Origin: the human T2T-CHM13v2.0 reference genome, Homo sapiens
Length of the DNA stretch: 64,000 nt
NCBI RefSeq assembly: GCF_009914755.1
Contig: NC_060933.1
Strand: one strand, 5' to 3'
Of this stretch, positions 1 through 20,259 are shown one piece after another (within the stretch, counting starts at the first letter, position 1; every line of letters starts with the position of its first letter). The position numbers and the translations under genes were made by a program. The notes below the pieces were generated by a model. It made no database searches. It was not told the DNA's origin and worked only from the letters and a program-made list of their open reading frames with translations.

Positions 1-2767
<2,767 letters not shown>

Positions 2768-2830
2768 TATGATGTTAGCTGGTTATTTTGCTCGTTAGTT
2801 GATGCAGTTTCTTCCTAGCATCGATGGTCT

Positions 2831-3847
2831 TTACAATTTGGCATGATTTTGCAGTGGCTGGTACTGGTTGTTCCTTTCCATGTTTAGTGCTTCCTTCAGG
2901 AGCTCTTTTAGGGCATGCCTGGTGGTGACAAAATCTCTCAGCATTTGCTTGTCTGTAAAGTATTTTATTTCTCCTTCACTTATGAAGCTTAGTTTGGCTG
3001 GATATGAAATTCTGGGTTGAAAATTCTTTTCTTTAAGAATGTTGAATATTGGCCCCCACTCTCTTCTGGCTTGTAGAGTTTCTGCTGAGAGATCCGCTGT
3101 TAGTCTGATGGGCTTCCCTTTGTGGGTAACCTGACCTTTCTCTCTGGCTACCCTTAATATTTTTTCCTTCATTTCAACTTTGGTGAATCTGACAATTATA
3201 TGTCTTAGAGTTGCTCTTCTCGAATGGTATCTTTGTGGTGTTCTCTGTATTTCCTGAATCTGAATGTTGGCCTGCCTTGCTAGATTGGAGAAGTTCTCCT
3301 GGATAATATCTTGCAGAGTGTTTTCCAACTTGGTTCCATTCTCCCCGTCACTTTCAGGTACACCAATCAGACATAGATTTGGTCTTTTCACATAGTCCCA
3401 TATTTCTTGGAGGCTTTATTAGTTTCTTTTTATTCTTTTTTCTCTAAACTTCCCTTCTCGCTTCATTTCATTCATTTCATCTTCCATCACTGATACCTTT
3501 TCTTCCAGATGATCTCATCAGCTCCTGAGGCTTCTGCATTCTTCACATAGTTCTCGAGCCTTGGCTTTCAGCTCCATCAGCTCCTTTAAGCACTTCTCTG
3601 TATTGGTTATTCTAGTTATACATTCGTCTAAATTTTTTGCAAAGTTTTTAACTCTTTGCCTTTGGTTTGAATTTCCTCCTGTAGCTCGGAGTAGTTTGAG
3701 CGTCTGAAGCCTTCTTCTCTCAACTCGTCAAAGTCATTCTCCGTCCAGCTTTGTTCCGTTGCTGGTGAGGAGCTGCATTCCTTTGGAGGAGGAGAGGTGC
3801 TCTGCTTTTTAGAGTTTCCAGTTTTTCTGCTCTGTTTTTTTCCCCAT
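2831..3847 (-). pseudogene. L1 ORF1, disrupted
   Basis: ATGGGGAAAAAAACAG start at 3847 carries an extra A. Tandem TAA TAA stops lie at ~3416-3421. The C-terminal 186 aa are open and match ORF1p. Confidence 0.95.
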
Positions 3848-4881
3848 CTTTGCGGTTTTATCTACTTTTGGTCTTTGATGATGGTGATGTACAGATGGGT
3901 TTTTGGTGTGGATGTCCTTTCTGTTCGTTAGTTTTCCTTCTAACAGACAGGACCCTCAGCTGCAGGTCTGTTGGAGTTTGCTAGAGGTCCACTCCAGACC
4001 CTGTTTGCCTGTGTATCAGCAGTGGTGGCTGCAGATCAGTGGATTTTCGTGAACCGCGAATGCTGCTGTCTGATCGTTCCTCTGGAAGTTTTGTCTCAGA
4101 GGAGTACCCGGCCATGTGAGGTGTCAGTCTGCCCCTACTGGGGGGTGTCTCCCAGTTAGGCTGCTCGGGGGTCAGGGGTCAGGGACCCACTTGAGGAGGC
4201 AGTCTGCCCGTTCTCAGATCTCCAGCTGCATGCTGGCAGAACCACTGCTCTCTTCAAAGCTGTCAGACAAGGACATTTAAGTCTGCAGAGGTTACTGCTA
4301 ACTTTTTGTTTGTCCGTGCCCTTCCCCCAGAGGTGGAGCCCACAGAGGCATGCAGGCCTCCTTGAGCTGTGGTGGGCTCCACCCAGTTCGAGCTTCCAGG
4401 CTGCTTTGTTTACCTAAGCAAGCCTGGGCAATGGCGGACGCCCCTCCCCCAGCCTCGCTGCTGCCTTGCAGTTTGATCTCAGACTGCTGTGCTAGCAATC
4501 AGCGAGACTCCGTGCGCGTAGGACCCTCCAAGCCAGGTGCGGGATATAGTCTTCTGGTGTGCCGTTTTTTAAGCCCGTCGGAAAGGCGCAGTATTAGGGT
4601 GGGAGTGACCCAATTTTCCAGGTGCCGTCTGTCACCCCTTTCTTTGACTAGGAAAGGGAACTCCCTGACCCCTTGCGCTTCCGGAGTGAGGCAATGCCTC
4701 GCCCTGCTTCGGCTCGCGCATGGTGCGCTGCACCCACTGTCCTGCGCCCACTGTCTGGCACTCCCTAGTGAGATGAACCGGGTACCTCAGATGGAAATGC
4801 AGAAATCACCCATCTTCTGCGTCGCTCACGCTGGGAGCTGTAGACCGGAGCTGTTCCTATTCGGCCATCTTGGCTGCCCCC
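3848..4881. promoter_or_regulatory. L1 5'UTR with sense and antisense promoter; YY1 site intact
   Basis: CpG-rich 5'UTR. YY1 motif AAGATGGCC at 4863-4871 on the minus strand. Confidence 0.75.
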
Positions 4882-4895
4882 ATTGTCAGTTTTAA
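4431..4895 (+). CDS. L1 ORF0 homologue (antisense ORF of the 5'UTR), open for 154 aa; expression unproven
   Basis: MADAPPPASLLPCSLISDCCASNQRDSV... matches the ORF0 N-terminus. ATG context is GCAATGG. The frame stays open past the L1 5' end. Confidence 0.5.
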   Translation: MADAPPPASLLPCSLISDCCASNQRDSVRVGPSKPGAGYSLLVCRFLSPSERRSIRVGVTQFSRCRLSPLSLTRKGNSLTPCASGVRQCLALLRLAHGALHPLSCAHCLALPSEMNRVPQMEMQKSPIFCVAHAGSCRPELFLFGHLGCPHCQF

Positions 4896-5424
4896 ATGTA
4901 AATATCAGAGCACTTCACTTTCATGCGGTATCACTAACATTACAGAATTCATATTCTGGATGCGTGCACATCTACCGACACTATGGAAGTCAGTGGCTTC
5001 CATAATATGCTTACCTTGTACTCACTTTGAGTCTTGCTGAACTCAGACATTGGTCCACCAGAATTCTGTGTTCATGGGGCATTGCAAATGCTATATTTGA
5101 ATGGTGACAGACATATTGCATCTATCTCCTCTGCTCATGCGCATACTACATTATTTCACTGGACATGGCTACAAATGACAAGTTCAAAGACAAAATTAGA
5201 CTCTGCACTCCCAGAGCTTATTCTCTTTCAGAGGTTATGGGCAATGGGAAACACATTCAGGGATATTTTAGGGCTATCCCATGCAAGCTGTTTAAGAAGC
5301 TTGAATCTGGATCCGGCCAAAACCACAGACTACGGCTCAAATATGGGCCTCAGCAAGACCAGAGTCCTTCTTTTCTGGAAAGTTACAGCAAAGGGCACCT
5401 TATGCTATTCTGGGGTGTATGTAA

Positions 5425-5660
5425 CTAGCATGGTAGTTGAGTGGTTTCTTTGGAATTAGACCTAGATTTGAATCTTACTTTTACCACTTTTTTTGTGACC
5501 TTGGGCAATTTTTTTCCCTTTCTGCATTTCAGACTTTTTAAAAAATCTGTAAAATGGAGCCAATAGTAATATCAACTTCACAGAATGCTTGTAGGATTAA
5601 ATGGGATGTTGTAAATTAAATTTAGCACTGTGCCTGGCGTACGTTGGTGGCTATAATAGA
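5425..5660 (+). mobile_element. MIR SINE
   Basis: Core motifs TGTGACCTTGGGCAA and CTGTAAAATGG...AGGATTAAATG. Confidence 0.8.
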
Positions 5661-5799
5661 AGAAAAGCTATGACAAAACACAAACCTAAGGAACACTCTC
5701 ACTAAAGACTTCTTCTGGCCCCGCTACCTGCTTATCTTGCTCTTCATTGCCTTTGTTTGGTAGAGAGTGGAGTGAGCAACACAACTGGAAAACAGGAAG

Positions 5800-7810
<2,011 letters not shown>

Positions 7811-7857
7811 AAGTCTCTTAAGGTAACTCTTGGAGAAAGATTTTTAAAATTTATTGT

Positions 7858-8512
<655 letters not shown>

Positions 8513-9100
8513 TAATTATAGACTCATGGAAAATTACAAAGATAGTACAGAGAGGACATATAAGCCTTTTGCTTGGGTTTTCCCCAATGGTTACATTTTA
8601 TATAACTATAATAAAATAATCAGAACCAGGAAATTTACATTTATATAATGTATGTGATTACTTTATGCCATTTTATCATATGTGTAGATGTGTGTAACCA
8701 CCACTGCTATCAAGGTACAGAACTATTCCATCATTATAAATAATCAGGAGAAAGATTTTGATTGTACATTCTAGAGAGAAACCTAACAGCTGCGGTGTTA
8801 GGAATTTAGGTCTGAACCAGGGCTCGAACCCAGAATGATTTGTTTTAAAGAAAACATTTTGTGGTGCATTTCTCCAAGGGTTAGGTTGCGGAGGCTTCAG
8901 TCAAACAGATCAATAAAATGTCCCTGTCCCCATCCTCATTTTGAGATTGGCTGAGACATGCTAGGATTTAAGATTAAAAGCTGTGTTTTATTATGGAAAT
9001 TCATCAAGATAATAGCCGTTAAATAACACCAGGTGCTAAATATTAAGAGAGCTAATTTGAAAGCTGATTCTTAATTCTGAACATTAAATCAGCCTTACAA

Positions 9101-9145
9101 AGGTTTCAGCTCAGGTTTCAGCTGAGGTTTCAGCTCAGATTTCAG
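9101..9145. repeat. 12-bp tandem repeat (AGGTTTCAGCTC), ~3.7 copies
   Basis: Read directly from the sequence. Confidence 0.9.
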
Positions 9146-10003
9146 TATCTTTATGCCATAAGAACAAGTTATAATGAATTAAATTAAACTCCCCAAGAGA
9201 CTGATTCCTAGGATCAGTCAACAACGCCTAAGAGCCTTGCTGATGGGAATGTGAGTTGTAAAAACTCTTCTGGAGGGAAATTTCCTTAGAGATATCGAAG
9301 GCTTTAAAATATGCCAATATTTAGACTTAATAATTTCACTTTTTGAAATTTTTCCTAAGGAAATAATTGTGTGTATAAAAATTGATTACCTAGTATGTTC
9401 ATCAAATGATTTATGAGAAGAAAACTGGAAACAACCTACGTGACTGGTTTGAACCTAAAAGGCTAAGGACTTGCAGAGAGGAAGGTCGGACAAAAATCTT
9501 TTATGGAGTAATAGTTAGCTATGTGTATTCATACAAGATATATAAAAAATGATTAAAGAAGAATGAATAAAAATGATTTAAAAATGACAAAGTAGGTAAA
9601 TAAGTAGGAAAATAAAAATGGAAAATATTCTTTCCATACATGAATGCACATTTAATCTCAAAATTCTATTTAAAATTACACATTAAAAAGGAATCCTCAC
9701 TGAACTAAATGTAGTAAGTGGATGATGGAGTGTGGAGCCAGGTTTCTTACGACTGGAGTGGGAATTTGCAGATGAGCAGGGGAGGAGGCTAGCATGATCC
9801 ATGTACTAGTGGATTACAGTTGGCAATACCAGTATAACCTCATGTTTAGCTTAATATAGATACATATGGTTACAAATAGAAATATGTAGAAATATTTACA
9901 AATATGTGTATATATACCGGTTAGTATACATACCTATTTCCTTGCTCTGTCAGCTGAGAGGATCTAAAAGACCAGGAGCACCAGTAGCAATGAGCATATC
10001 TAG

Positions 10004-10451
<448 letters not shown>

Positions 10452-11514
10452 TAAAAAAAAAAAAATTGGTGGAGATGTCAAAGGAATTCAGAAGTCAACT
10501 GCAAGAGTTCCCAATGACTAAGCCTGGAATAATTTGAGAAACAAAATAAACAAAGCAATGTTGGATTACAATCCAAAGGATAAAACAAATATCACAAGTC
10601 TACACTGATATAAATAAATGATTGAATAAACAAATAAACGGGGAGAATAAATAAGTAAACGGGAGAGAAGAGTGTGTACCCTTGATATGATATGATGAAA
10701 ATGGCATTTTAGATTTGTAGTCTTTCTCCCCAGAACCCATAACCCCACTCTAATTATGAGAAAAACATCAAACAAATTCCAGTAGAGGAGCCTCCTGCAA
10801 AATATTTGACCAATATTTCTCAAAACTGTCAAGGTCGTAAAAAACAAGGAATATCTAATAAACTGTCACAGGCAAGAGGAACCTGAGGATTTATGACAGC
10901 TGAATGTAATGTGGGGTCCTGGATGGGATCCAGGGATGGAAAATAGCATTGGGTAAAAACTAAGGAAATCTGAGTAAAATGTGGATTTAATGAATAATGA
11001 TGTATCAATATTAGTATATTGATGATAGCAAATGTACTATACTAATGTAAGATGTCATCAACAGGTGACTACATGCAAAAATGCAGCTGGACCTTTAGCT
11101 TATACCATACACAGAAATTAACTCAAAATGAGTCAGAGACCTAAATGTAGAGCTAAATAAGACTCTTGGCAGAAAACATCAGGGAAAAATTTTATGACAT
11201 TGGATTTGGCAATGATTTCTTGGCTATGACACCAAAAGCACAGATGATACCAAAAGATAAAGATGTAACTTAAACTTCATCAAAATCAAAAACTTTTGTG
11301 CATCGAAAGACACTATCAACAGAGTGAAAAGTCAACCCACAGAATGGGATAAAATACTTGCAAATCATATATCTGATGAGGGATTGCTATCCAGAATATA
11401 TGAAGAACTCCTACAACACACAACAAAAACAAAAAAACAAACAATCCAATGTGAACATGGGAAAAAGACTTGAGAAGGCATTTCTTTAAAGAAGATATAG
11501 AAATAAGCCAAACC

Positions 11515-11816
<302 letters not shown>

Positions 11817-13329
11817 GCCAAACCACACTGAAAGATGTTTGATATCAGAAATTAATAGGGAAATTATGCAAATCCAAACAACAGTGATTTGTACTTCACA
11901 CCCACTAGGATGGCTAATATTAATAATAATAATAATTGTTGGTGAGGATGTGCAGAAATTGGAACCCTGGTGCATTGCATCTGGAAATGTAAAATGTTAC
12001 AGTTGTTGGGGAAAACAGTATGGTAGTTCCTCAAAAAATTAAAGGATTACCATATGATCCAGCAATTCTACTTTTGGGAATATACCAAGAATAATTGAAA
12101 ATGGGAACTTGAAGAGATATTCGTACATCCATTTGTAACAGTATTGTTTACAATAACCAAAAGGTGGAAACAATCCAAATATTCTTCAGCAGATGAAGAG
12201 ATAAACAATATATATAATAGAATATTATTCAGCCTTAAAGAGGGATGAAATTCTAATACATGCTACAACATGGATGAACCTTGAAGATTTTATACTAAGT
12301 GATATAAGGATACAAAAGGACAGATATTATATGATTCCACTTATGTAAGGTACCTAGAATAGCCAAATTCATAGAGACAGAAAGAATACTTGTTAGCAGG
12401 GACTGGAAAAAGGGAGTAATGGAGAGTGATTGTTTAATGTGTACAGCGTTCCAGTTGGGATAATGAAAATTTCTGGATATGGATGGTGGTGATGGTTGTA
12501 CAGCAGTGGGAATGCACTTAATGCCAGTGAACTGTACACTCAACAATGATTAAAATGGCAAATTTTATGTTTTGTATATTTTACTACAATAAAAATATAT
12601 ATGCAATTGGGTGTGAGGTACATGGAAACTGTACTATCTTCTCATTTTTTCAGTAAATCTAAAAACGTTCTAAAAATAAAATCTATTTTAAAAAAATTAA
12701 TCCTTGTTTCTAATCCTTGTTTCCCAAAGGGTTAAACATAGGTACCACAGGACTCAGCAATTCCATTCCTAGATATTCGCCCAAGAGAAATGAAAACATA
12801 TGTCCACACAAAAATTTGTACACAGATACTCATGACAGCATTATTTATAATAGCCTCCAAATGAAACCAACCTAAATGCCCAGCACTGAATATCCATTCA
12901 TTGTTGTATATCCATATATGGAAATATTATTTGGCAATAAAAAGGAATGAAGTAGTTATATATGTTGCCACGTGGATGAACCTTGAAAAGATGCAAAGTA
13001 AAAGGAGCCAGTCAGAGAAGACCACATACTGTATGATTCCACTTATATAAAATGTCCAGAATAGGCAAATCTGTGGAGATAGAAAATAGATTAGTGGCTG
13101 CCAGAGGCTGGTTGAAGGAAATTTTAGGAGTGATTGCCAACGGGAATCACCGGAGTTTCTCTTAGAGGGATGAAAATATTCTAAAATAATTTTGGTGATG
13201 GTTGCAAAATTCTGAACATACTAAAAATCATAGAATTGTATATTTTAACTGTACTCTTAAAACTTACTTTTAGGATGGAAATTCCACAACTGGAGAAGTA
13301 ATCCAAGATTACATGCCACTGTTTCCACC

Positions 13330-15215
13330 CAGAACCTTGCTCTGGAACCCCAGTAATTTATAAATTTGGCTGCTTTATGGTGTCCCATATGTCATGGAGG
13401 CTTTGCTCATTCTATTATATCCTTTTATTTATCTGACTGGATTATTTCAAAATACTTATCTTCAAGTTTAGAGATTCTTTCTTTGTTTGGCCTAGTCTAT
13501 TGTTAAAGTGTTTGAATGTATTTTGCATTTCATTAAATAAATTATTGAGTTCCAGAATTTTTGTTGGTTCTCGTTTATATTTATCTATCTCTTTAGCAAA
13601 TTTCTCATTCATATCCTGAATTGTTTTCTGATTTCTCTGTATTGGTTTTCAGAATTCTCTTGTATCTCACTGAGCTTCATCTAAATCAATAATTTGAATT
13701 ATTTTTCTGAGATCTTGTGAATTTCTTTTTAATCATGATCTGTTGCTGGTGAATTATTGAATTCCTTTGGAGGTGTAACATTTCCTTGTTTTTTCATGTT
13801 TCCTGTGTCCTTACATTGATGTCTGCACAATTGGGACAACACAATTGGGACAACACAATTGGTCCCTCTTCCAATTATTTGAATTTACTTTCATAGGGGA
13901 GGACTTTTTCCTGAAGATGTATCTAAGGTGTTGGTTTGATGACACACTATGGCTTGATTCTGGGTGCATGCAGTAGCATAGTCTTTGTATGATTTATTTG
14001 GCTGTAAACAGCATCAGTGGTATCTGTAATTTCCTCAGTGGCTTAGGATGCAGTTATTAGAGGAGGCAGTGAAGATTTTCTGGGGATGGGGATGCCAGGT
14101 AAGGCAGTCTTTGGGCCCCATTGGTGGCAGCAGTAGCTGAGTGTGTCTGTTCTTGGGCCCCAGGGTGGTATATGCTTGTACTGGTTTTAGGGGGTCCAGG
14201 TGGGCTGATTCTTGGGCCTCTATGTGTCTTACTCAGATGTCAGTAGTGGCAGCAGTAGGCTGGGTGGGTGGGGAGGTTCTCAGGACCCTGGGAAGCCAGC
14301 ATGGTGAGGGTGATGGCAGTGGTGGGATGACTCTCTGGGCCCTGGTTGGTGTGTGCTGGCATTGGTAGTGAATGTGATGGTCTGGGCAGGCCAGTCTCTA
14401 GGCCCACAGGTAGCCTGGGAGGAATGTTCAGATGCCAATGGTGGTGGATTGGGCTGGGAGATCCCTTAGCCCCCAGATTGTGGCTAGGGCGAGGGCAGTG
14501 AAGTTGGGCAATGGCCGTACTGATACCCTACTACTAGGGAGGGTGGTGCTGCCCTCAGTGGTGGCAGCCTAGGCCAGTGGGTGGAAAATGCATGCCTCTC
14601 ACATTTCAATTCTGGTGGTACTTGTGCCTCAGCCCTTGCTGCAGTAGCAAAGTAGTGCTTTGCTCATGCCTCAGTCCCAATGGAAGTATCTCAGCCCTCA
14701 GCCTGGGATGTGGTAGCCCATGGTAGCTGGTGCCTAATTCCTGGGGACAGAAGCCCATGCTTCTCTTGTGCCTCAGACCCAGCGCTGCTGAGCTCCAGGA
14801 CAGTGTACTGTCTTTTGAGGGTGAGGCAATTTTCTGTAGCTGTTTAGGTCTCAGGGACCCAATGTTAGCTCCCTCCCTGGAGCAGTGTCATTTCACAATC
14901 TCCTGTCAGCTTCCTACTTTAGTTTTAGGGCCCACAAGGGTCATGGGACTCTCCAGTGGCTAGGATTGCAGAAGTCTGTGGTGGTAATGTGGATTGCTGA
15001 GGGTCTCTCACTTACCCTTTCCCCACATTGGTTTCTAGCTAATTCTGGCCAATCGGGCTGCCATGCTTTGTTTTTCTTCCTTGCTTTAGGTATTACCTGT
15101 CACTTTTCTATTGGATTCCAGTGTTCTCTCTTGGATGATCTATTCAAAGTGTGATTATCTACTCACTATTTTGGTTCTTCTTAGTGGATAAGGTGTGAAA
15201 TGTCTCTCATCAGCC
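13330..15215 (-). mobile_element. Old L1 (L1M/L1PB-age) 5'UTR plus 5' half of ORF1
   Basis: ORF1 remnant (EQSLHDIWDTIKQP-like) near 13370-13410; GC-richer 5'UTR at 14000-15200; 14-bp tandem CACAATTGGGACAA at 13826-13862. Confidence 0.7.
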
Positions 15216-16747
15216 ACAGTAAGGAGGAACAGAAGAATAAGAAAGACATGAGACACGTACAAAACAAAAAGCGTAATGGCAGACATAAATCTAACCATAT
15301 CAATAATAACATAAAAGTAAATAGATTAAATAATTCAATCAAAAGGCAGAAATTGTCAGATTGGGTTACAAAAATGAGATCCTGCCTCATGATGTCTAAG
15401 GGAGATGTATTATAGACAAAGGTACAAATAGGTTGAAATAAAAGGATAGCATAAGGTGTACCATGCAACTAGCAACCATAGGAGAGCTACAGTGGGTTAT
15501 ACTGGTCTCAGACAAAATAGACTTTAAGACAAAAATGCCATTAGGTATAATGGACATTTTCATAATGATAAAAGGGTCAATCCCTCAGGAAGATGTAACA
15601 CATATAAATGTATGCGTATTTATACAGAGTCCCAAAATACATGAAGAAAAACTAACAGAACTGAAGGGAGAAATAGACATTTCAACAATAACTGTTAAAG
15701 ACATCACCTACTTTGAATAATGGATAGAAAAGCTAGAGATAAAATTAACAAGGATACAGAAGACATAAACAACATTATAAATCAACTAGACCTAAGAGAC
15801 ATCTATAGAATACCCCACCCAACAGCAGCAGAATACACATTCTTTCCCAGTGCACCTGGAACAGTCTCCAGGAAAGACCATTTGCTAGGTCATAAAAAAA
15901 GTCTCAATAAATTAAAGTGATCAAAATCACAGAAAATATATTCTCTGATTACAATGGAATGACATTAGAGATCAATATCAGAAGGAAATTTGGAAAATTC
16001 ACAAACATGTAGATTAAACAACATACTGCTAAATAAACAGTGAGTTAAAGTAAAATCATAAGGGAAATTACAAAATACTTTGAGGTAAAGATAACTACCA
16101 AAACGTATGGAAAGCAGCAAAAGCAGTGCTGAAAGGGAGTTATAGTGATAAACATCTATATTAAAAGAGAAAAAAGATCTCAAATCCATAATTTTCCACC
16201 CTGTGAAACTGGAAAAAGAAGAGCAAACTAAATTCAAGGCAAGCAGAAGGAAGAAAATAATAAAGATTAGAGCAGCAAGAAATGAAAGAGAAAATAAAAG
16301 AATAGAGAAAAATCAACAAACTCAAAACTTGGTTCTTTGAAATGATTAAATTAGTAATTAAGAAGCTTCCTGCAAAGAAAATCTATGTTTTCTTTAACTT
16401 TCCTATGTGTTTCTACGTTGAGGATCAGAAGACTTAATATTGTTAAGACGGCAATGCTCCCTATATTAATCTACATATTCAACACAATCCTTATCAAAAT
16501 TTCAGTTGAATTTGTTGGAGAAATTGACAGGCTAATCCTAAAATTTAGATGAAATTTTAAGAGACCCCCTAATGGCCAAAACAATCTTGAAAAAGAAGAA
16601 CAAAGTTGGAGGAATCACACTTCACAATTTCAATACTTACTACAATTCTACAGAAATCAAAATATTGTTTTACTGGCATAGTAGACATATAGACAAATGG
16701 GAGAGAATTGAGAGCCCACAACTAAACTCTCACATATATGGTCAATT

Positions 16748-17050
<303 letters not shown>

Positions 17051-17282
17051 GGTCAGTTGATTTTTGATGAGGGCCCCAAGACCACTCAAGGACAGTCTTT
17101 CAACACATAGTTCTGGGAAAACTGGATCTCCATAGGCAAAAGAATGAAGTTGGACCCTTACCTTACACGCTGTACAAAAAGTAACTCAAAATGGATCAAA
17201 AACCTAAATTTAAAAGCTAAAACTATAAAACTCTTAGAAGAAAATATGGGGAGAAATCTTTATAGCCTTAGATTTGGCAATG

Positions 17283-17610
<328 letters not shown>

Positions 17611-20259
17611 GGCAATAGTTTCTTAAATATTACACCAAAAGCACAATAAACGAAGAAAAATAGGTAAATTTGATGTCATAAAAATAACATTTTGTGCATC
17701 AAAGGACAGCATCAAGGGAGTGAAAATCATTTGACAAAAGCCCAGCATTCAGAACATATAAATAAATCCTACGACTCAACTACAATGGCAAAATAAACCC
17801 CAACTTTTAAAATGGGCAAAGGATTTGGATAGACATTTTTCCAAAGAAGATATACAAATGGCCAGCAAGCACATGAAAAGATGCTCAACATCATCATTAG
17901 TCATTAGGGAGATGCAAATCAAAACCACAGTAAGGTACCCCTTTCACAATGAGATACCACTATCACATATACTAGAATGTCTATAATAAAACAACAACAG
18001 AAATTAACAATTATTAATGAGGATGTGGAGAAACTAGAACCTTTGCGCATTGCCAGTGGGAATGTAAAATAGTGCTGCTGCTGCTGTGTAAAGCAGTTTG
18101 GCAATTTTTCTGAAAGTTAAACATTGAATTACTATATTCCACTCCTAGGTAAATACCCAAACTAACCGAAAACAGGAATTCAAACAGATATTTGTGCATA
18201 AATGTTTATAACAGCATAATTCAACAATAACCAGAAGATAGAAACACCCCAAGGTCCATTAACAGATGAATAAGTAAACAACATGTGGTATATAGATATA
18301 ATAAAATATCCAATCATAAAAAATGAAGTTCTGAACCTTGAAAATATTACACTAAGTGAAATAAGTCAAACAAAAAGGACAAATATTATATGATTTCATT
18401 TGAATGAGGGACCTGTAATAGGCAAATTCATAGAGACAGAAAGTAGAATAGATAACCTAATGGTTTGGAGGCAAGGAGAGCGGGGAATTATTGCTTAAAG
18501 GAAACAGAGTTTTTGTTTGGGTTGGTGAAAAAGTCTTGGAAATAGATAATGTGACGGTTGTACAACATTGTGAATGTAACTAACATTACCGAATTATACA
18601 TTTAAAAATGGTTAAAATGGCACATTTTATGTTATCTATCATCACCACAACTTAAAATAATGAATAATAGAGCAAAACCCCTTGAATTGTACACTTTAAA
18701 TGGCTGAAGTTATGGTATGTGGATTATATCTCAGTAAGGCTGTTAGGGAAAAAAAAAAAAGCATTGTAGGAAGTAGTTGGGAAATGTGTTAGTTCAACCC
18801 CATCATTTTCTGTAGGGGGAGAAAGCAGCAACAATGCATGTGCCAGTGAATTCCACTCTTGCAATCAATAGGTTGGTAAGTACAGCAGTTATCTGCAAAA
18901 CTCTGTATTATTTCTATTATTAATGTGACATTTCCCAGGCACAGTAAGAATAGAAGGGCTGAAATTACATTCATTGTCCCCACATGGGAGAGAAGAACCT
19001 CCTGAAATCATGGGTTCTAGGCAAAAATGTCCAAATCTCCACCCATAATGGGACAGGAAGCAGGGTACATGAGCTAGCTCTGGAATGTGAGATTCTTTCC
19101 TGAAGAAGGAGGAATGATGAAACTGAGGGAGTAAATGAAGTCCTCCAACTTGCACGAGAGCTGGGTTACAAAACTCACTGAAGTGCTCAGTGGATAATTA
19201 TTAGTGGAGATCACAGAGGCAGTTAGCAAATCAGTGGATGGTCACATGTCAGAGGCCTGAAAAATGAGAGCAAGACTCAGTGATTTTGGGGTAAGTAGGG
19301 TAGAGGAGGGACAGGGGAGGATTTCTCAGCAATTTCGTATAATAATAACCACTCGTGGTTTGTTTTCTGGTAGACACACATCTCTCAACAATTCATTAGT
19401 TCACTCCATCCACAGCTCCTCTATTCTCTAGCAGTTTGCCTCCCTCACCCCACCAAATCCCATACCCCGCTTATGAAAAGTTGAGGATTATTTCTTGGAC
19501 TGATTCAAGGTCACAGAGATATTTGAATGCCATATGGCTAAAAATACAGATCCAATCTGCCTTCCAGTCCAGTGACTCATCCTGTCACTAGAGGTAGAGA
19601 GCAAGAGCATGAAGTGGAAGTACTAGACTTCCAACAGCGATATAGACTACTCCAATCCCTGAGGCAGAGGTAAGGGTCTGACTTAGAGAGGCATTTATGA
19701 ATTCATGGGAAGTAGCTCTTCTTCCATGTTTGGAAGAGCTTCTCAAACATGCCAAGTCTTATGCAAAACAAACTTGAGAAAGCTCCACACCCAACCTACT
19801 GTTTGATTGGGAGAGGCCTACATAGCAGTGGTAGGGTTTGGGGATGGGGTAGGATGAGGGATGGATCCCTGCTCCAAACCTATATCTTTAAGCTAGTCTG
19901 ACTTATCCAAGCACCAGGCATCAGAAAAGCCTCAAATACTTGAACTCCAATCCCAGAAAACATCCATCTAAGCCCTTCCTGATTTAGCTGCAAACTGTGT
20001 TCATCTAGGTTGCGTTTTGTTTCTGACCTGTTTCTGACCTATCTCTTTTCTTATTTGTAGCATTGCTCTTGCCTCCAGAATTCCCAATTGATCCTCATTT
20101 TTCAGCTTGACTCTCAGCTTTGCTTAAGAATTCTGTTTAAATTCACTTTGGATCTTCCTGCTCCTTGCTGCCCCATCCCAGTTCAGTCCTTAGAACTTAA
20201 ATCCTGACAGTGATATACTTGGCTGATGCTTCAACCAGGACCACCAGGTTTAGTCATAA

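Noticed and set aside
5034-5459. 141-aa and 87-aa ORFs next to the L1
   Set aside because: No recognisable homology; the longer one starts at TTG and ends in a MIR.
8790-8850. tRNA gene suggested by a TTCGA loop
   Set aside because: No A box, acceptor stem or cloverleaf.
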